Assembly: GCA_031283155.1 (NCBI GenBank)
Contig: JAITCI010000003.1
Location: forward strand, 18,205 to 82,204
Direction of reading: 5' to 3'
Length of the DNA: 64,000 bases
DNA from: Spirochaetota bacterium
GTDB lineage: Bacteria; Spirochaetota; JAGLSM01; JAKPMW01
Shown here: one piece after another, positions 38,183 through 48,461 of the stretch
Layout of the letters: every line of letters starts with the position of its first letter
Position numbering within the stretch: position 1 is the stretch's first letter
Made by a program: the position numbers and the translations under genes
Notes under the pieces: generated by a model
What the model saw: only the letters and a program-made list of their open reading frames with translations
What the model was told of the DNA's origin: nothing
Database searches by the model: none

Positions 38183-39765
38183 TTGTCCAGATCCTGATGA
38201 AAATAGCGTTCAATGTCCCTTCGCTTGGGATTCAGGCTGATCTGCGAACGCGCAAGCCGATCCAGCGCTTCGAGCTGATCTTTTAAGATATTTTTTGCCA
38301 GATCATTTTCCTGAATGGTCTTTTGTTCCATAACAGCCTTGTAAATCCCGATGGCTTTCAGATAATTCCGTTGCGTTTCCGCGCCCTTTGCGCTGTTCAG
38401 CATATGCCGGAAGTGCAGGAGGGGCGAGGCAATGGGAAGCATATCCCAGTTGTACGGAGCGAGGTTGGGACTCTCGCGAAGGATGAGGTCTTCCTCTGTT
38501 TTGAATTTCTGCTCTTCCTTTTGATCCATGGCAATGGTCATGACGGGCGCGCCGCCATATCCGGGCATACCCGCCTGTGGATATGGCGGCATTTGCCCCG
38601 CGCCATGCGTGAACGGAGAGGATGGCGGCGGATGACCCCCGCCCATCATCGGAGGCGGCTGCATGGCTGCACTTCCGGGAGTTTGTCCTTCGGTTTGCTG
38701 TTTTGCCGTCATCTGCGAAGAGGGCGGGGATGGAGGCTGCTGCGGTGGTTTTGGTGAAGCGCTTTCGGCGCCGCCTGCGGCATTGCTCCAGGCCTCTTCC
38801 AGAAATTCCGTGAGATCATCGAGACCGTCTGCGCCGCCTCCTCCTTTGCCGCCTCCTCCTTTGCCGCCTCCGCCTGCGCCGCCTCCGCCTGCGCCATCTC
38901 CGCCCGCGCCGTCTCCGCCTCCGCCGTCTCCGCCTCCGCCTTCACCGCCTGCGCCGCCTCCGCCTTCACCGCCTTCCCCCTCGGAATCTTGATTTCCAAG
39001 CTGTTCCTGGAACAGGCGATCGAGTTTCGGCGTGGAGGCAAGCTGGATGTTCACATTTTCGATATTGTGAATGACCGTCGAGGCGTCATGGCTGCGCGAG
39101 CGATACTCGTTTGCGAGATCCTCCGACTGGGACAGCAGATCCTGGAATTCGCTCATCTTTCGCGAATCCAGAATGGGCTGGTTGGCGTTGAGATCCAATT
39201 GACTCAGGGCTTCCTGCAGATCCACAAGCGCTTTACGGATAAAGAGGCGCGACTTGACCTGCTTTTCAGAGATACCATGGATCATGTTCTTATAATACTG
39301 CTCCACCTCGGAGAGCTTGCCCTCAAGCTTATCCTGGTTACTGCGCATACGATCAAGGATCTGCTCCCCGCGCTCATCGCGTTCGTGGAGTTCTTTTGTG
39401 ACCATGTCGCGGATCTCGCCGACGGAATGGCTGATGTTGTCCTTGTATTCGTCAACGGCGAGTTTGAGCTGTTCCAGGCGGAAACCATGTGTGGAGGAAC
39501 GCTCAGTATTCAGCGAGAGCTTCTCATCCCGCGCCTGGACTTCTTTTTCAAGCTTTCGCACCTTTGCCATGAGTTCGTTGATGCGCTTGAGTTTTTTCTC
39601 GTTGTCTTCGGAGAGCAGGCTTATCTGATTTTCGTTGATCTTGTCATTCTGCGCAGCCGACTCCTTCAGGGTACTGATGATTTTGTCTTTTTCCCTGATG
39701 ATGTCCAGCATTGCGCTCGAGTCGCTGCCTGCTTCCTCTTCGATAAAATCATTATCTTCCGGCAT
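38179..39765 (-). CDS. Coiled-coil protein with Gly-rich and Pro/Gln/Met-rich low-complexity regions
   Basis: Charged heptads over the first ~250 aa; GGGGA/GGGGD/GGGGK repeats; PPQQPP, helical C-terminus. Confidence 0.85.
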   Translation of the reverse strand: MPEDNDFIEEEAGSDSSAMLDIIREKDKIISTLKESAAQNDKINENQISLLSEDNEKKLKRINELMAKVRKLEKEVQARDEKLSLNTERSSTHGFRLEQLKLAVDEYKDNISHSVGEIRDMVTKELHERDERGEQILDRMRSNQDKLEGKLSEVEQYYKNMIHGISEKQVKSRLFIRKALVDLQEALSQLDLNANQPILDSRKMSEFQDLLSQSEDLANEYRSRSHDASTVIHNIENVNIQLASTPKLDRLFQEQLGNQDSEGEGGEGGGGAGGEGGGGDGGGGDGAGGDGAGGGGAGGGGKGGGGKGGGGADGLDDLTEFLEEAWSNAAGGAESASPKPPQQPPSPPSSQMTAKQQTEGQTPGSAAMQPPPMMGGGHPPPSSPFTHGAGQMPPYPQAGMPGYGGAPVMTIAMDQKEEQKFKTEEDLILRESPNLAPYNWDMLPIASPLLHFRHMLNSAKGAETQRNYLKAIGIYKAVMEQKTIQENDLAKNILKDQLEALDRLARSQISLNPKRRDIERYFHQDLDN

Positions 39766-39957
39766 GGGGTACCTTTATCCTGCAAGAATTGCGTCCCTGA
39801 AGCAAACCTCCGGCAAAAGCGGCTGTCTGCACTCCGGAACTTTCCACATCAAATATCGGCAGAAGTATACCATGAAAAAACGCTTTCATTCCAGAGCGCT
39901 CTGTTTGCGTATCTTAAAGGGAATGGTTCACCAGTAATCTGCCCGGGAGACGGATTC

Positions 39958-40614
39958 ATGTCTGTGCTTCGTTCGATCATCCATGCCTTTTGCGAAGCGC
40001 CCGTTTTATGTCTAGCTTTATTTGCCCTTATTCCGCTCGGATTTTTGCTGCATATTCTGGCCGCCTGCATTCCCGCGATCCTGTTTGTTCTGGCGCTCTT
40101 TTTTTTCCGCGATCCCGAACGCGCGACGCCCCGGGACGATGCTGTTCTGTATGCGAGCGCGGACGGAAAGGTACTGCGTATGGAGGAAGCGGAGTATGCG
40201 GGCATATCCGGAGGGAAGGGCTGGCGTGTGCTTATTTTTATGTCGCCGCTTAACGTGCATCGGAACAGAGCGCCGATGCACGGGCGGGTTCAGGAAGTCC
40301 GGTATAAAAAAGGTGAATTTTTGCCCGCCTTTCGGGAGGGAATGCACCTTGTGAATGAGCGGGCAAGCGTGGTATTTCAAAGCCCGGATGACGCCTCCCG
40401 CCGTGTTGTGGTGACGCAGATCGCGGGAATTCTGGCACGGCGAATCGTCTGCCGCGCCGAGGTCGGCGTGGAATATGCGCAGGGCGAACAATTTGGTCTC
40501 ATACGGTTTGGTTCCGCGAATGAAATGATTTTTGATTCCGAATGGCAGCCTTTGGTTCAGGAAGGGACCCGCGTTCGCGCGGGAGTAACGGTTATAGCGA
40601 GGAGAAAAGCATGA
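39958..40614 (+). CDS. psd: Phosphatidylserine decarboxylase proenzyme
   Basis: FFFRDPER, SADGKV, IFMSPLNVH.NRAP, NER, QIAG..ARRI, IRFGS autocleavage site. Confidence 0.95.
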   Translation: MSVLRSIIHAFCEAPVLCLALFALIPLGFLLHILAACIPAILFVLALFFFRDPERATPRDDAVLYASADGKVLRMEEAEYAGISGGKGWRVLIFMSPLNVHRNRAPMHGRVQEVRYKKGEFLPAFREGMHLVNERASVVFQSPDDASRRVVVTQIAGILARRIVCRAEVGVEYAQGEQFGLIRFGSANEMIFDSEWQPLVQEGTRVRAGVTVIARRKA

Positions 40615-41405
40615 GCCTGACCTGGATTCCAAACTCTTTCACATTGGGCAATCTCTTCTTTGGTTTTGTCGCCATGCTGGCCGCGCTTCGCGGGCGGTTT
40701 GATCTTGCCTCTCTCTTTATTTTCGCCTGTATGCTCCTGGATATGTTTGACGGCAGGATCTCGCGCGCGATCAAGGGAGAGAATCCCATTGGGAAGGAAC
40801 TCGATTCCCTCGCGGATATGCTCTCTTTCGGGGTCGCCCCCGGGGTCATTTTTTACGCCGCTTTTTTGGGCAACAATCCCATATACTCCGATATTGCGCC
40901 GCTTGTGACCGGGGGCGATCTCTTGCAGCTTACCGAATATAATTCGACGCATATCCTCTTTGGGGCACTTGCCTTTCTCTTTCCCTTTGCGGCGGCTCTT
41001 CGTCTTGCGCGGTTCAACCTGGGCGGGAGCGATGCGGCGTATAGCGGCTGCCCCTCAACGACTGCGGGCGGACTTGTGGTTGTGCTGACCTGTTTTTCCA
41101 AGATACCGCATATGTTTTTTATGGAAGACTATAACTTCGAGATACCGAGCGTTCTTCTGATCATTCTTTTTGTGTGTATTGCTTTTCTGATGCTTGTCCA
41201 TATACCCTTTTCAAAACCGCAAAAATCGCTGTTTCGCAAGTCAAGCTTGTCACAACCCCTGTTTTTGGTGTACAATCTGATGATAATTGCTGCGCTGATA
41301 TTGTTTTTTAAGCATTTTTTGCTTCTGGTCGGGATTATGTATGTGATCTGGTCGCTTGTACGGGGAATTCAGTCCGCGAAGGCTTCCATACAGGCACGTA
41401 AATGA
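40611..41405 (+). CDS. pssA: CDP-diacylglycerol--serine O-phosphatidyltransferase
   Basis: IPNSFTLGN, DMFDGRISR..GKELDSLAD..SFGVAP, LRLARFN; ATGA overlap with psd. Confidence 0.93.
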   Translation: MSLTWIPNSFTLGNLFFGFVAMLAALRGRFDLASLFIFACMLLDMFDGRISRAIKGENPIGKELDSLADMLSFGVAPGVIFYAAFLGNNPIYSDIAPLVTGGDLLQLTEYNSTHILFGALAFLFPFAAALRLARFNLGGSDAAYSGCPSTTAGGLVVVLTCFSKIPHMFFMEDYNFEIPSVLLIILFVCIAFLMLVHIPFSKPQKSLFRKSSLSQPLFLVYNLMIIAALILFFKHFLLLVGIMYVIWSLVRGIQSAKASIQARK

Positions 41406-41414
41406 GGCGGGGTC

Positions 41415-42272
41415 ATGGATTCACCACAATTGGCCGGGATCATCAGAAAAGCGGCGAGCGAATCCGGTCGTTCTCCGATTGTAGCATTTGTTGATAAAAG
41501 CGGCTTGCCGCAGCTTGCGGTTTTGCCCTTTGCGCATATGAATCGTAATTGCACACTGGTTTTGCTTATGCCCGAGGCGCATCCGGCTACAGCGGTATTG
41601 CGCGCGCAGCCCTGGGTTGAGATCCATTTTGCCTCTGTCAAGCGGGATTGTTTCGCGCGTTTTGGAGGCAGAGCATTCATAAAGCAAATGGATGGTACGC
41701 TGGACAAGCTCATCGAGGGGTATCCCTGGCTGGGATCCTGGTTTCAGGACGCCAGAAGGCAGGATTATGTGCTGATGCAGCTCCATACCCAGATCATCGC
41801 AATGGAGATGCTGGAAGGCGATTCCCCCTGGTATCAAACCTCGTATTATCGTGTTCAAAACGGAGAAGTCGTTCCGATCAACGCCGCGAGTACCGAGGCA
41901 ATGCAGGAGATGGAAGCGGGGCAGCTTGAGACCGTACGCCGTATCATCACGCAAAACCGAAGCGAAATGATCCAATGCGTCGCGAAAAATAATTTCAGGG
42001 GTTTTGCGAATCATGTCTCGGAGAGCTTTAATCCGCCCGAGGGCATAACCGTGGACGACTGGATCAATGCGCAATGGAAACTCTATAAGTCCATCAAACC
42101 GGGCAAGACGTCGTATAACTGGGGGCTGAACGGTTTTACGCACAAGCGTGACGGCAGTGTGGAATGCCGCTTCTTTCTGGAGATAACCGAAGGCACCGAA
42201 AAAAGGGCAAGTCAGCATCAGGAAATCTGGCTGCTTGAAGATACGGGATGGAAGCTGATTCGGGTTATCTGA
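41415..42272 (+). CDS. Hypothetical two-domain protein (PNPOx-like split barrel plus NTF2-like C-terminus)
   Basis: AFVDKSGLP..LRAQPWVEI..GRA pattern; C-terminal EIWLLEDTGWKL typical of NTF2-like folds; both fold calls tentative. Confidence 0.6.
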   Translation: MDSPQLAGIIRKAASESGRSPIVAFVDKSGLPQLAVLPFAHMNRNCTLVLLMPEAHPATAVLRAQPWVEIHFASVKRDCFARFGGRAFIKQMDGTLDKLIEGYPWLGSWFQDARRQDYVLMQLHTQIIAMEMLEGDSPWYQTSYYRVQNGEVVPINAASTEAMQEMEAGQLETVRRIITQNRSEMIQCVAKNNFRGFANHVSESFNPPEGITVDDWINAQWKLYKSIKPGKTSYNWGLNGFTHKRDGSVECRFFLEITEGTEKRASQHQEIWLLEDTGWKLIRVI

Positions 42273-42273
42273 G

Positions 42274-44001
42274 ATGGAAAACAGGATTATCGCTTCGCCG
42301 ACGGACGCGAAAGCGCGGCTCGAAAAATACAGCTCCGCCTATACCCTCTCCGATATGGAAGTATTCATCTTCCCCCAATTGCTTTACGCCCTCGTACTCG
42401 CGAATATCATGAGCCCGAGGCTCTGGGCATGGCGGGATCTGCCGTGGTTCTCCGGCATGGAAGAGTTTTCTCCCGAGAAGCGCGCCATGCGCCTGAAGCA
42501 ATACATCATGGATCACTACACATTTAATCTCGATCTGGAAACCTGGGGGCTTACCACAAAAGAGAAAGAACTCGCGCGCTTCAGTGATTTCGTGGATCCC
42601 GATTCCCTGCGCGAGAGCAATGCTCTTTTTGGGTACGAGGGAGATAAATACTATTTCTCGATTGATATCCGCCGCCACTTTGGGCTGGACAAATACACGA
42701 ACGATATTATTCCCTATTGGAAAACTGAAACCCTGGAGGCCATGGACGCCTTTGCCCATAAGCCGGGCTGGCAGACCGGCGGCGGGGAATGTGTTTCGCT
42801 TGCGTGCCTGTATGCTGCGGCGCTTTTTGTGGTTGCGCGAATTCCGCTTGAAGACATATTCATTTATACAACGCCGCTCCACTCCCAGAATTTCATCGTG
42901 ATCGGCGAAGGGGTATTGACCAACAACCGCCGCATAGTTACGAAGGCGATGTTTTTTAATGGAAGCGAGATCTCGCAAAAGGCAAGGCGCGCGCTCGAGA
43001 ATGAACGGATTATCGTGGCGGCACACGCAAGCGGGTATATCCACTATTTCTACGACGGGATGAGCATTGATCCCGCGCAGTATATGCGGTTTTGCGGGAA
43101 TCTCCGATCCTATCTGACCACGCAATTAACCCCGGAACTCTTTGGGAATTTCATTCGCTGTCATCTGGATTTTCAGCGCTGCTTTTGCTACCGGTATCAC
43201 GCCGAGGGTGGGCGGGAACTCTACATCGAATGTGAAAAGGCTCTGCGCTATGAAGAGTCCACGAAGCTGCGGGTGAGCGACGCCTCGCGCAAGAAGCTCT
43301 TTGGGATGATCGACCGCGATGAGTATTATCCGCATCCCATCCCCGGGCGGCTGATAGTGAATGATATAGAAGATTTTTTGCGCGGCGGAGGAGGCAAGCA
43401 GGGCGATATCTGCGCGCGGCTCCACGCGGAATTTTGTTCCTCGTGCCAGGATACCTGCTCCATCGTGCAGGCTCTTCGCGAATTTGCGCATATCGCGCCC
43501 CGCCTGCCCGGGATCGCGGGCAAGACCAGGCTCGCCGAGCCTCCCATTGTACTGACGGGCGATATGGATCGCATTGCGATCATCCGCGCGCTTGAAACCG
43601 GGCGTACGCAAAACGAAACTATCGATCTCGCCTTTCACGCGGCGCGGCTTCCGGGGGATTGGTTTGCGCCCTATTGGCTTGCCGCCTGTACGCGAAATCC
43701 GATATGCGTGAGTCTGGCCGCGCGCTATTCCTGCCTGGACGAGGTGTACGTCGCCTTGCAGTCTTTTCCGAATGAATCCATTTATGACGAGGCGCGGCTC
43801 GCGCAGCCGGATGAGGTTTGGAATTACGCGCGCGGCGACGGCTTTGAAAAGGCAGTCTCCTTTGCTGCGATTGCGCTCGCGCGCGGGCAGGCGGATATGC
43901 GGCTTGCGAAACGGGGCGGTGAGGTTACTGTCATTTGCGCGGGCGCGGAGTGGAAATTTGCAAGTACGAAAGATATTGGTGAAATAACCTGGAGTTCCTG
44001 A
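42274..44001 (+). CDS. Hypothetical protein with transglutaminase-like cysteine motif
   Basis: 575-aa ORF; YWKTE..GGECVSLACLY, PLHSQN. Confidence 0.7.
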   Translation: MENRIIASPTDAKARLEKYSSAYTLSDMEVFIFPQLLYALVLANIMSPRLWAWRDLPWFSGMEEFSPEKRAMRLKQYIMDHYTFNLDLETWGLTTKEKELARFSDFVDPDSLRESNALFGYEGDKYYFSIDIRRHFGLDKYTNDIIPYWKTETLEAMDAFAHKPGWQTGGGECVSLACLYAAALFVVARIPLEDIFIYTTPLHSQNFIVIGEGVLTNNRRIVTKAMFFNGSEISQKARRALENERIIVAAHASGYIHYFYDGMSIDPAQYMRFCGNLRSYLTTQLTPELFGNFIRCHLDFQRCFCYRYHAEGGRELYIECEKALRYEESTKLRVSDASRKKLFGMIDRDEYYPHPIPGRLIVNDIEDFLRGGGGKQGDICARLHAEFCSSCQDTCSIVQALREFAHIAPRLPGIAGKTRLAEPPIVLTGDMDRIAIIRALETGRTQNETIDLAFHAARLPGDWFAPYWLAACTRNPICVSLAARYSCLDEVYVALQSFPNESIYDEARLAQPDEVWNYARGDGFEKAVSFAAIALARGQADMRLAKRGGEVTVICAGAEWKFASTKDIGEITWSS

Positions 44002-44052
44002 GATTGCAGTTCCGCGCCGATCGCGCCATCCAGGCGCGTACCCTTGCCCCCA

Positions 44053-44097
44053 CAGGGGGTAAAGGCATAAACGCGGAGTGAAAACATCCTTGTTTTC
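44053..44097 (+). repeat. Intergenic hairpin family copy (GAAAACA-TCCT-TGTTTTC)
   Basis: 7-bp stem at 44080-44097; caggggg..ggcataaacgcg shared with 3356-3372. Confidence 0.7.
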
Positions 44098-44216
44098 GAG
44101 CGCCGCAAGTAACGCGCCGCATATTGCGCCATCGCGGTTTTGTTTTCCATTGCGCCAGCGTCCCTTACTTGTACATAACGGCGGGGGAAGCCAAAAAGGA
44201 TGTACGGTGGGCGGGG

Positions 44217-44411
44217 CTACAAACGCAGTTCTTCTTTAAGCAATGCGATCTCTTCCATTATCGCGTCGATCTCTTCGCCGATGATTGTTCGAATCGCCGC
44301 ATCTTCGGTTTGCAGGAGTTCGGCGCGCGCGGCGTCGAGGCTTGCCTGGGCGTCGATGAGGGTCTCTTTGAGTTCCTGTGTCGTATCCTGCGGAGCGGGT
44401 TTCTCTTTCAT
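44217..44411 (-). CDS. Small acidic coiled-coil hypothetical protein (64 aa)
   Basis: ATG 4 nt after the uxs stop; clean heptad pattern. Confidence 0.6.
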   Translation of the reverse strand: MKEKPAPQDTTQELKETLIDAQASLDAARAELLQTEDAAIRTIIGEEIDAIMEEIALLKEELRL

Positions 44412-44415
44412 GGAA

Positions 44416-45354
44416 TTATCCAAAAAGGAGTTTCCGGAAATACGCGATGGTTGGCAGCAGTCCTTCGTCAAGCGATACAATGGGTTCCCACCCCAGCTTG
44501 GACCGCGCGAGCGTGATATCGGGACGCCGCTGCACAGGGTCGTCGGCGGGAAGGGGATGAAAACTTAATCCGGAGCGGGAACCTGTCATGGCAATGATCT
44601 TCTCCGCGAGATCCCGGATAGTAAATTCAACGGGGTTACCGAGGTTCAGCGGCCCATGAAAATCCGCATTCTCCATCATGCGAACCATGCCTTCGACGAG
44701 ATCGCTGATATATTGAAAAGAGCGTGTCTGGCTTCCGTCGCCGTAGATCGTGATCTCTTCATTTTTGAGCGCCTGGACGATGAAATTGGAAACCACGCGC
44801 CCGTCGTCGGCCTGCATATGGGGGCCGTAGGTGTTGAATATACGAATGATGCGCACATCCACCGCGCATTGGCGCATATAATCCATGCAGAGTGTTTCCG
44901 CGACCCTCTTTCCCTCGTCGTAGCAGGAGCGGATGCCAATGGGATTGACATTGCCCCAATAGTCTTCTGTTTGCGGATGTACGATGGGGTTGCCGTAGAC
45001 TTCTGAGGTTGAGGCCTGCAGGATGCGCGCATGGCAGCGTTTCGCGAGTCCCAGCATATGCACCATTCCGACCGTGGAGCATTTGATGGTTTTTATGGGA
45101 TTGAACTGATAATGGATTGGGCTTGCGGGGCAGGCGAGGTTATAGATCTGATCCACCTCGGCCTGGTAGGGCGAAACAATGTCGTGGCGCGCGAGTTCAA
45201 AATTCGGCGATTCGGCAAGACGGGCGACGTTTTTTTTGGTGCCCGTAAAGAAGTTATCGAGGCATATCACCTCATGCCCATCGGAGAGAAGGCGCGCGCA
45301 TAAGTGGCTTCCGATAAATCCGGCACCGCCCGTAACCAGGATTCGCTTAGCCAT
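44416..45354 (-). CDS. uxs: UDP-glucuronate decarboxylase (UDP-xylose synthase)
   Basis: [53 protein letters not shown]. Confidence 0.96.
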   Translation of the reverse strand: MAKRILVTGGAGFIGSHLCARLLSDGHEVICLDNFFTGTKKNVARLAESPNFELARHDIVSPYQAEVDQIYNLACPASPIHYQFNPIKTIKCSTVGMVHMLGLAKRCHARILQASTSEVYGNPIVHPQTEDYWGNVNPIGIRSCYDEGKRVAETLCMDYMRQCAVDVRIIRIFNTYGPHMQADDGRVVSNFIVQALKNEEITIYGDGSQTRSFQYISDLVEGMVRMMENADFHGPLNLGNPVEFTIRDLAEKIIAMTGSRSGLSFHPLPADDPVQRRPDITLARSKLGWEPIVSLDEGLLPTIAYFRKLLFG

Positions 45355-46759
45355 TATGATCCTCCCGGCGATCCTGCGCGCCGAATATGGGCGAACCCAC
45401 GGCGATCACCTGCATTCCCAGCGCTGCCAGAGTATGATACTGGCGCTCAAGCATCCGCCTCCCGTCCATGACCAGATAGGGTACCCGGCAAAATTCGGCT
45501 ATGTATTCGCCGAGCGCGCGGAACTGCGGCCAATCCGTACAAATGAATAACGCCTCGCTTCCGGTGATTGCTTCTTCGGCGGAATTATGGTATGTGATGC
45601 GGGGATGTTCTGCGGCAGGAAAGACAGCTTGCGCGGTTTCCTGTGCAGCCGGATCGAATGCGCGGATCTCCCGCGCGCCGTCCTGAAGCAGGCGTTGTAT
45701 GATCAGACTCGCGCCGGAATGCCGCATATCGTTTGTGTCCTGTTTGAAGGCAAGCCCCAAAACAGCCACGCGCTTTCCCGAAAAGGCATACCCCGCCTCG
45801 TTCGCGGCGCGCGCGTAAAAATGCTCCGCCTGATACCGATTCGCCGCAAGAGCAGAGCGTAAAAAATCCGCGTCCGCCCCGCGCGCTTCCATTTGGTGCG
45901 CCAGCGCCTCCGTGTCTTTGATGAGGCAGCTCCCTCCCGCGAAGAGGCTGTTATAAAATCCCCAGCGCCCGATGCGGCTGTCTCCCGTGATCCCGCGGCG
46001 CACATTTTCATAATTGAGGAAGGGAAAAATTTCACAGATACGCCCGACGGCGGAGAAGGTAAAAGAAAGACGCGCAAACAGAGCCGCGTTTGCGAGCAGC
46101 TTGACAGCGGCGGCTTCATAAGGGTTCATCTCAAGATATTGCACCGTAGAAGAATCGATGAAGCGCTGATACAGGCTGCGCATGGTTTCAAAATCCTGCG
46201 CGCTCTCCGCGCCGACAATGACGCGCTCGGGGTGGATCGAACCGTCAATCGCCTTGCCCTCCACCAAAAATTCGGGGTTGGAGGCGATGCCGAAATTTTT
46301 AACGCCGAGCGGATGCAGTATCCGCCTCGAAATATCAATCGCGTCAATCGGGACGGTGCTCTTGTTGACGATCAATACGCGCCGCTCCTGTTTTCCCGCG
46401 CTGCGCTTCGCGAGCAATCTTCCGATATCTTCCATACCGCGCATGAAATACGAGAGATCCACCGCGCCATCCGTTTGTTCGGGGGTAGGGAGGCATATAA
46501 ATATGACATCGGCTTTCTCTATCCACCCGGCAAGCACGGCGGGATTGTCGCTGAAGGCAAGGCGTGATTGATGCTTGATGATGAGTTCCGCGAGACCCTG
46601 TTCATGGATGCAGCTTTCGATGCGCTCCGCATCCAGCGAGGAAAGACGCGCGATGCGCTCGCTGTCTATGTCAAAGGCGAGAACCTGATGACCCGAATCC
46701 GCCGTTACCGCAGCGGAGCAGGCACCAACGAAACCCGCGCCCATATAAATTGTGTGCAT
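45347..46759 (-). CDS. ugd: UDP-glucose 6-dehydrogenase
   Basis: [45 protein letters not shown]. Confidence 0.92.
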   Translation of the reverse strand: MHTIYMGAGFVGACSAAVTADSGHQVLAFDIDSERIARLSSLDAERIESCIHEQGLAELIIKHQSRLAFSDNPAVLAGWIEKADVIFICLPTPEQTDGAVDLSYFMRGMEDIGRLLAKRSAGKQERRVLIVNKSTVPIDAIDISRRILHPLGVKNFGIASNPEFLVEGKAIDGSIHPERVIVGAESAQDFETMRSLYQRFIDSSTVQYLEMNPYEAAAVKLLANAALFARLSFTFSAVGRICEIFPFLNYENVRRGITGDSRIGRWGFYNSLFAGGSCLIKDTEALAHQMEARGADADFLRSALAANRYQAEHFYARAANEAGYAFSGKRVAVLGLAFKQDTNDMRHSGASLIIQRLLQDGAREIRAFDPAAQETAQAVFPAAEHPRITYHNSAEEAITGSEALFICTDWPQFRALGEYIAEFCRVPYLVMDGRRMLERQYHTLAALGMQVIAVGSPIFGAQDRREDHNG

Positions 46760-46863
46760 CTTTACCCTCCGGAATAAATCTATGCAAATTTTATTTGTTT
46801 TGTGGTATAACTTCCATTTGAGCGGGTTATGTTTAAGTCATATTATGGGACGAAGAGGATTGT

Positions 46864-47850
46864 ATGAAAGAATATGTTCTTATTGTCGGCGGCGCGGGAT
46901 ATATCGGCAGCCATGTAACAAAATCCCTCGCAAAGGCAGGCGTACCCACGCTTGTTTTTGACAACCTCTCGTATGGGCACCGCGAATTTGTCCGCTGGTC
47001 GGATGATCTGCTCCTCGCCGATCTGCTTGACCGCGAAGCGCTGCGTCTTGTTTTTTTACGGTACCGCATTCGCGCGGTTATGCACTTCGCCGGTTTTATC
47101 AATGTTGGAGAATCGGTCACTGATCCCGAAAAATACTATCGGAATAACATCATAGGAACGCTCAATCTCCTGGAAGCGATGCGGGAGGCGGGTACGTGGG
47201 TGATCGTTTTTTCGTCTACCTGCGCCACCTACGGCGAACCGCTGGAAGTGCCGATTCCCGAGACGCATCCGCAAAATCCCATCAATTCCTACGGCGTGTC
47301 CAAGCTCGTTGTTGAGAAGGCTCTCGCCGATTATGGCAGCGCGTATGGGCTTGCCTGGTGCGCATTGCGCTATTTTAACGCCGCAGGAGCCGATCCGGAC
47401 GCTGAGATCGGCGAATGGCATATACCGGAAACGCATCTGATTCCGCTCATTCTGGACGCAGCCCTGGGGCGGCGTCCGGATATTGCCGTTTTCGGAACGG
47501 ACTATCCCACGAAAGACGGTACCTGTATCCGCGATTATATCCACGTAAACGATCTTGCGCAGGCGCACGTCCTAGCGCTCTCGTATCTGGACGCCGGGGG
47601 CGTGCCCCGCGCATTCAATCTTGGAAATGGCTGCGGACATTCCGTCCTGGAGGTTATCGAGGCCGCCAAAAAGGTGAGCGGGCGGGAGATAGCGGTTAAA
47701 TACGGGGGGAGGCGCGCAGGCGATCCCCCCGCGCTTGTCGGAACCGCCGATCTCGCGCGGTCGGTGCTCGGGTGGAAGCCGAAACACAGCGATATAATGG
47801 ATATTCTCGCGACTGCCTGGAATTGGCACCGGAAGCAATTTTCCGGTTGA
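46864..47850 (+). CDS. galE: UDP-sugar 4-epimerase
   Basis: GGAGYIGSH, HFAG...VGES, FSSTCATYG, YGVSK, RYFNAAGA, RDYIHV. Confidence 0.95.
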   Translation: MKEYVLIVGGAGYIGSHVTKSLAKAGVPTLVFDNLSYGHREFVRWSDDLLLADLLDREALRLVFLRYRIRAVMHFAGFINVGESVTDPEKYYRNNIIGTLNLLEAMREAGTWVIVFSSTCATYGEPLEVPIPETHPQNPINSYGVSKLVVEKALADYGSAYGLAWCALRYFNAAGADPDAEIGEWHIPETHLIPLILDAALGRRPDIAVFGTDYPTKDGTCIRDYIHVNDLAQAHVLALSYLDAGGVPRAFNLGNGCGHSVLEVIEAAKKVSGREIAVKYGGRRAGDPPALVGTADLARSVLGWKPKHSDIMDILATAWNWHRKQFSG

Positions 47851-47930
47851 TTTTTGACTGGTTTTCGTCTGGTTTTTTCGATAAGTTAAATCGCAGTCAT
47901 TTCAATGAAATTTTTTTAAGGAGGGGTAGT

Positions 47931-48461
47931 ATGCGTTCTATGCGGTTGTTTGGCCTGATTGTTATTGCAGCGAGTCTGTTCTTCGCTTGCGGGAGATCTC
48001 CCGTGGAAGAAGAAGTGCCTTATATGATTTTTTCGAAAAACTCAACCTTATGTTTGGATGTACCCGGTGCGCAGACGGGCAGGGGGGTGCAGATCATACT
48101 TTGGAGGGCGAGCGATCCAGACAATCCCGCGCCTCATCATGTCTGGTATTTCCGTAAGGCTCCGGGGGGGTACAAGATATTCTCGCGGCATTCCAACCTT
48201 TGCCTCAATGTGTCCGGCGGATCCTATAACAACAATGGAGCAGTTATTCAATGGACGGATTCCGGGGAAGAAGCCGATAACGAGATTTGGGAAATCTCGG
48301 GGAAAGACGACGAGGGGTATACGATAACCTCAATACGCAGCGAAAAACGACTCAGCGCACAGGACCTGGATGCACATCACGGTGCCAAACTCGTACAGCA
48401 TGAGTATGTAGATGCAGCGCGGGCGGATGCGCAAACCTGGATATTCAAAAAGCTGCAATAA
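47931..48461 (+). CDS. Ricin B (beta-trefoil) lectin lipoprotein
   Basis: Lipobox FFAC; CLDV/CLNV, IQW, (H/E/Q)xW repeats; RBS AAGGAGG. Confidence 0.88.
   Translation: MRSMRLFGLIVIAASLFFACGRSPVEEEVPYMIFSKNSTLCLDVPGAQTGRGVQIILWRASDPDNPAPHHVWYFRKAPGGYKIFSRHSNLCLNVSGGSYNNNGAVIQWTDSGEEADNEIWEISGKDDEGYTITSIRSEKRLSAQDLDAHHGAKLVQHEYVDAARADAQTWIFKKLQ

Noticed and set aside
38989-39957. 541-aa ORF suggesting a long N-terminal extension on Psd
   Set aside because: The extension is mostly the antisense shadow of the coiled-coil gene; Psd homology begins at ATG 39958.
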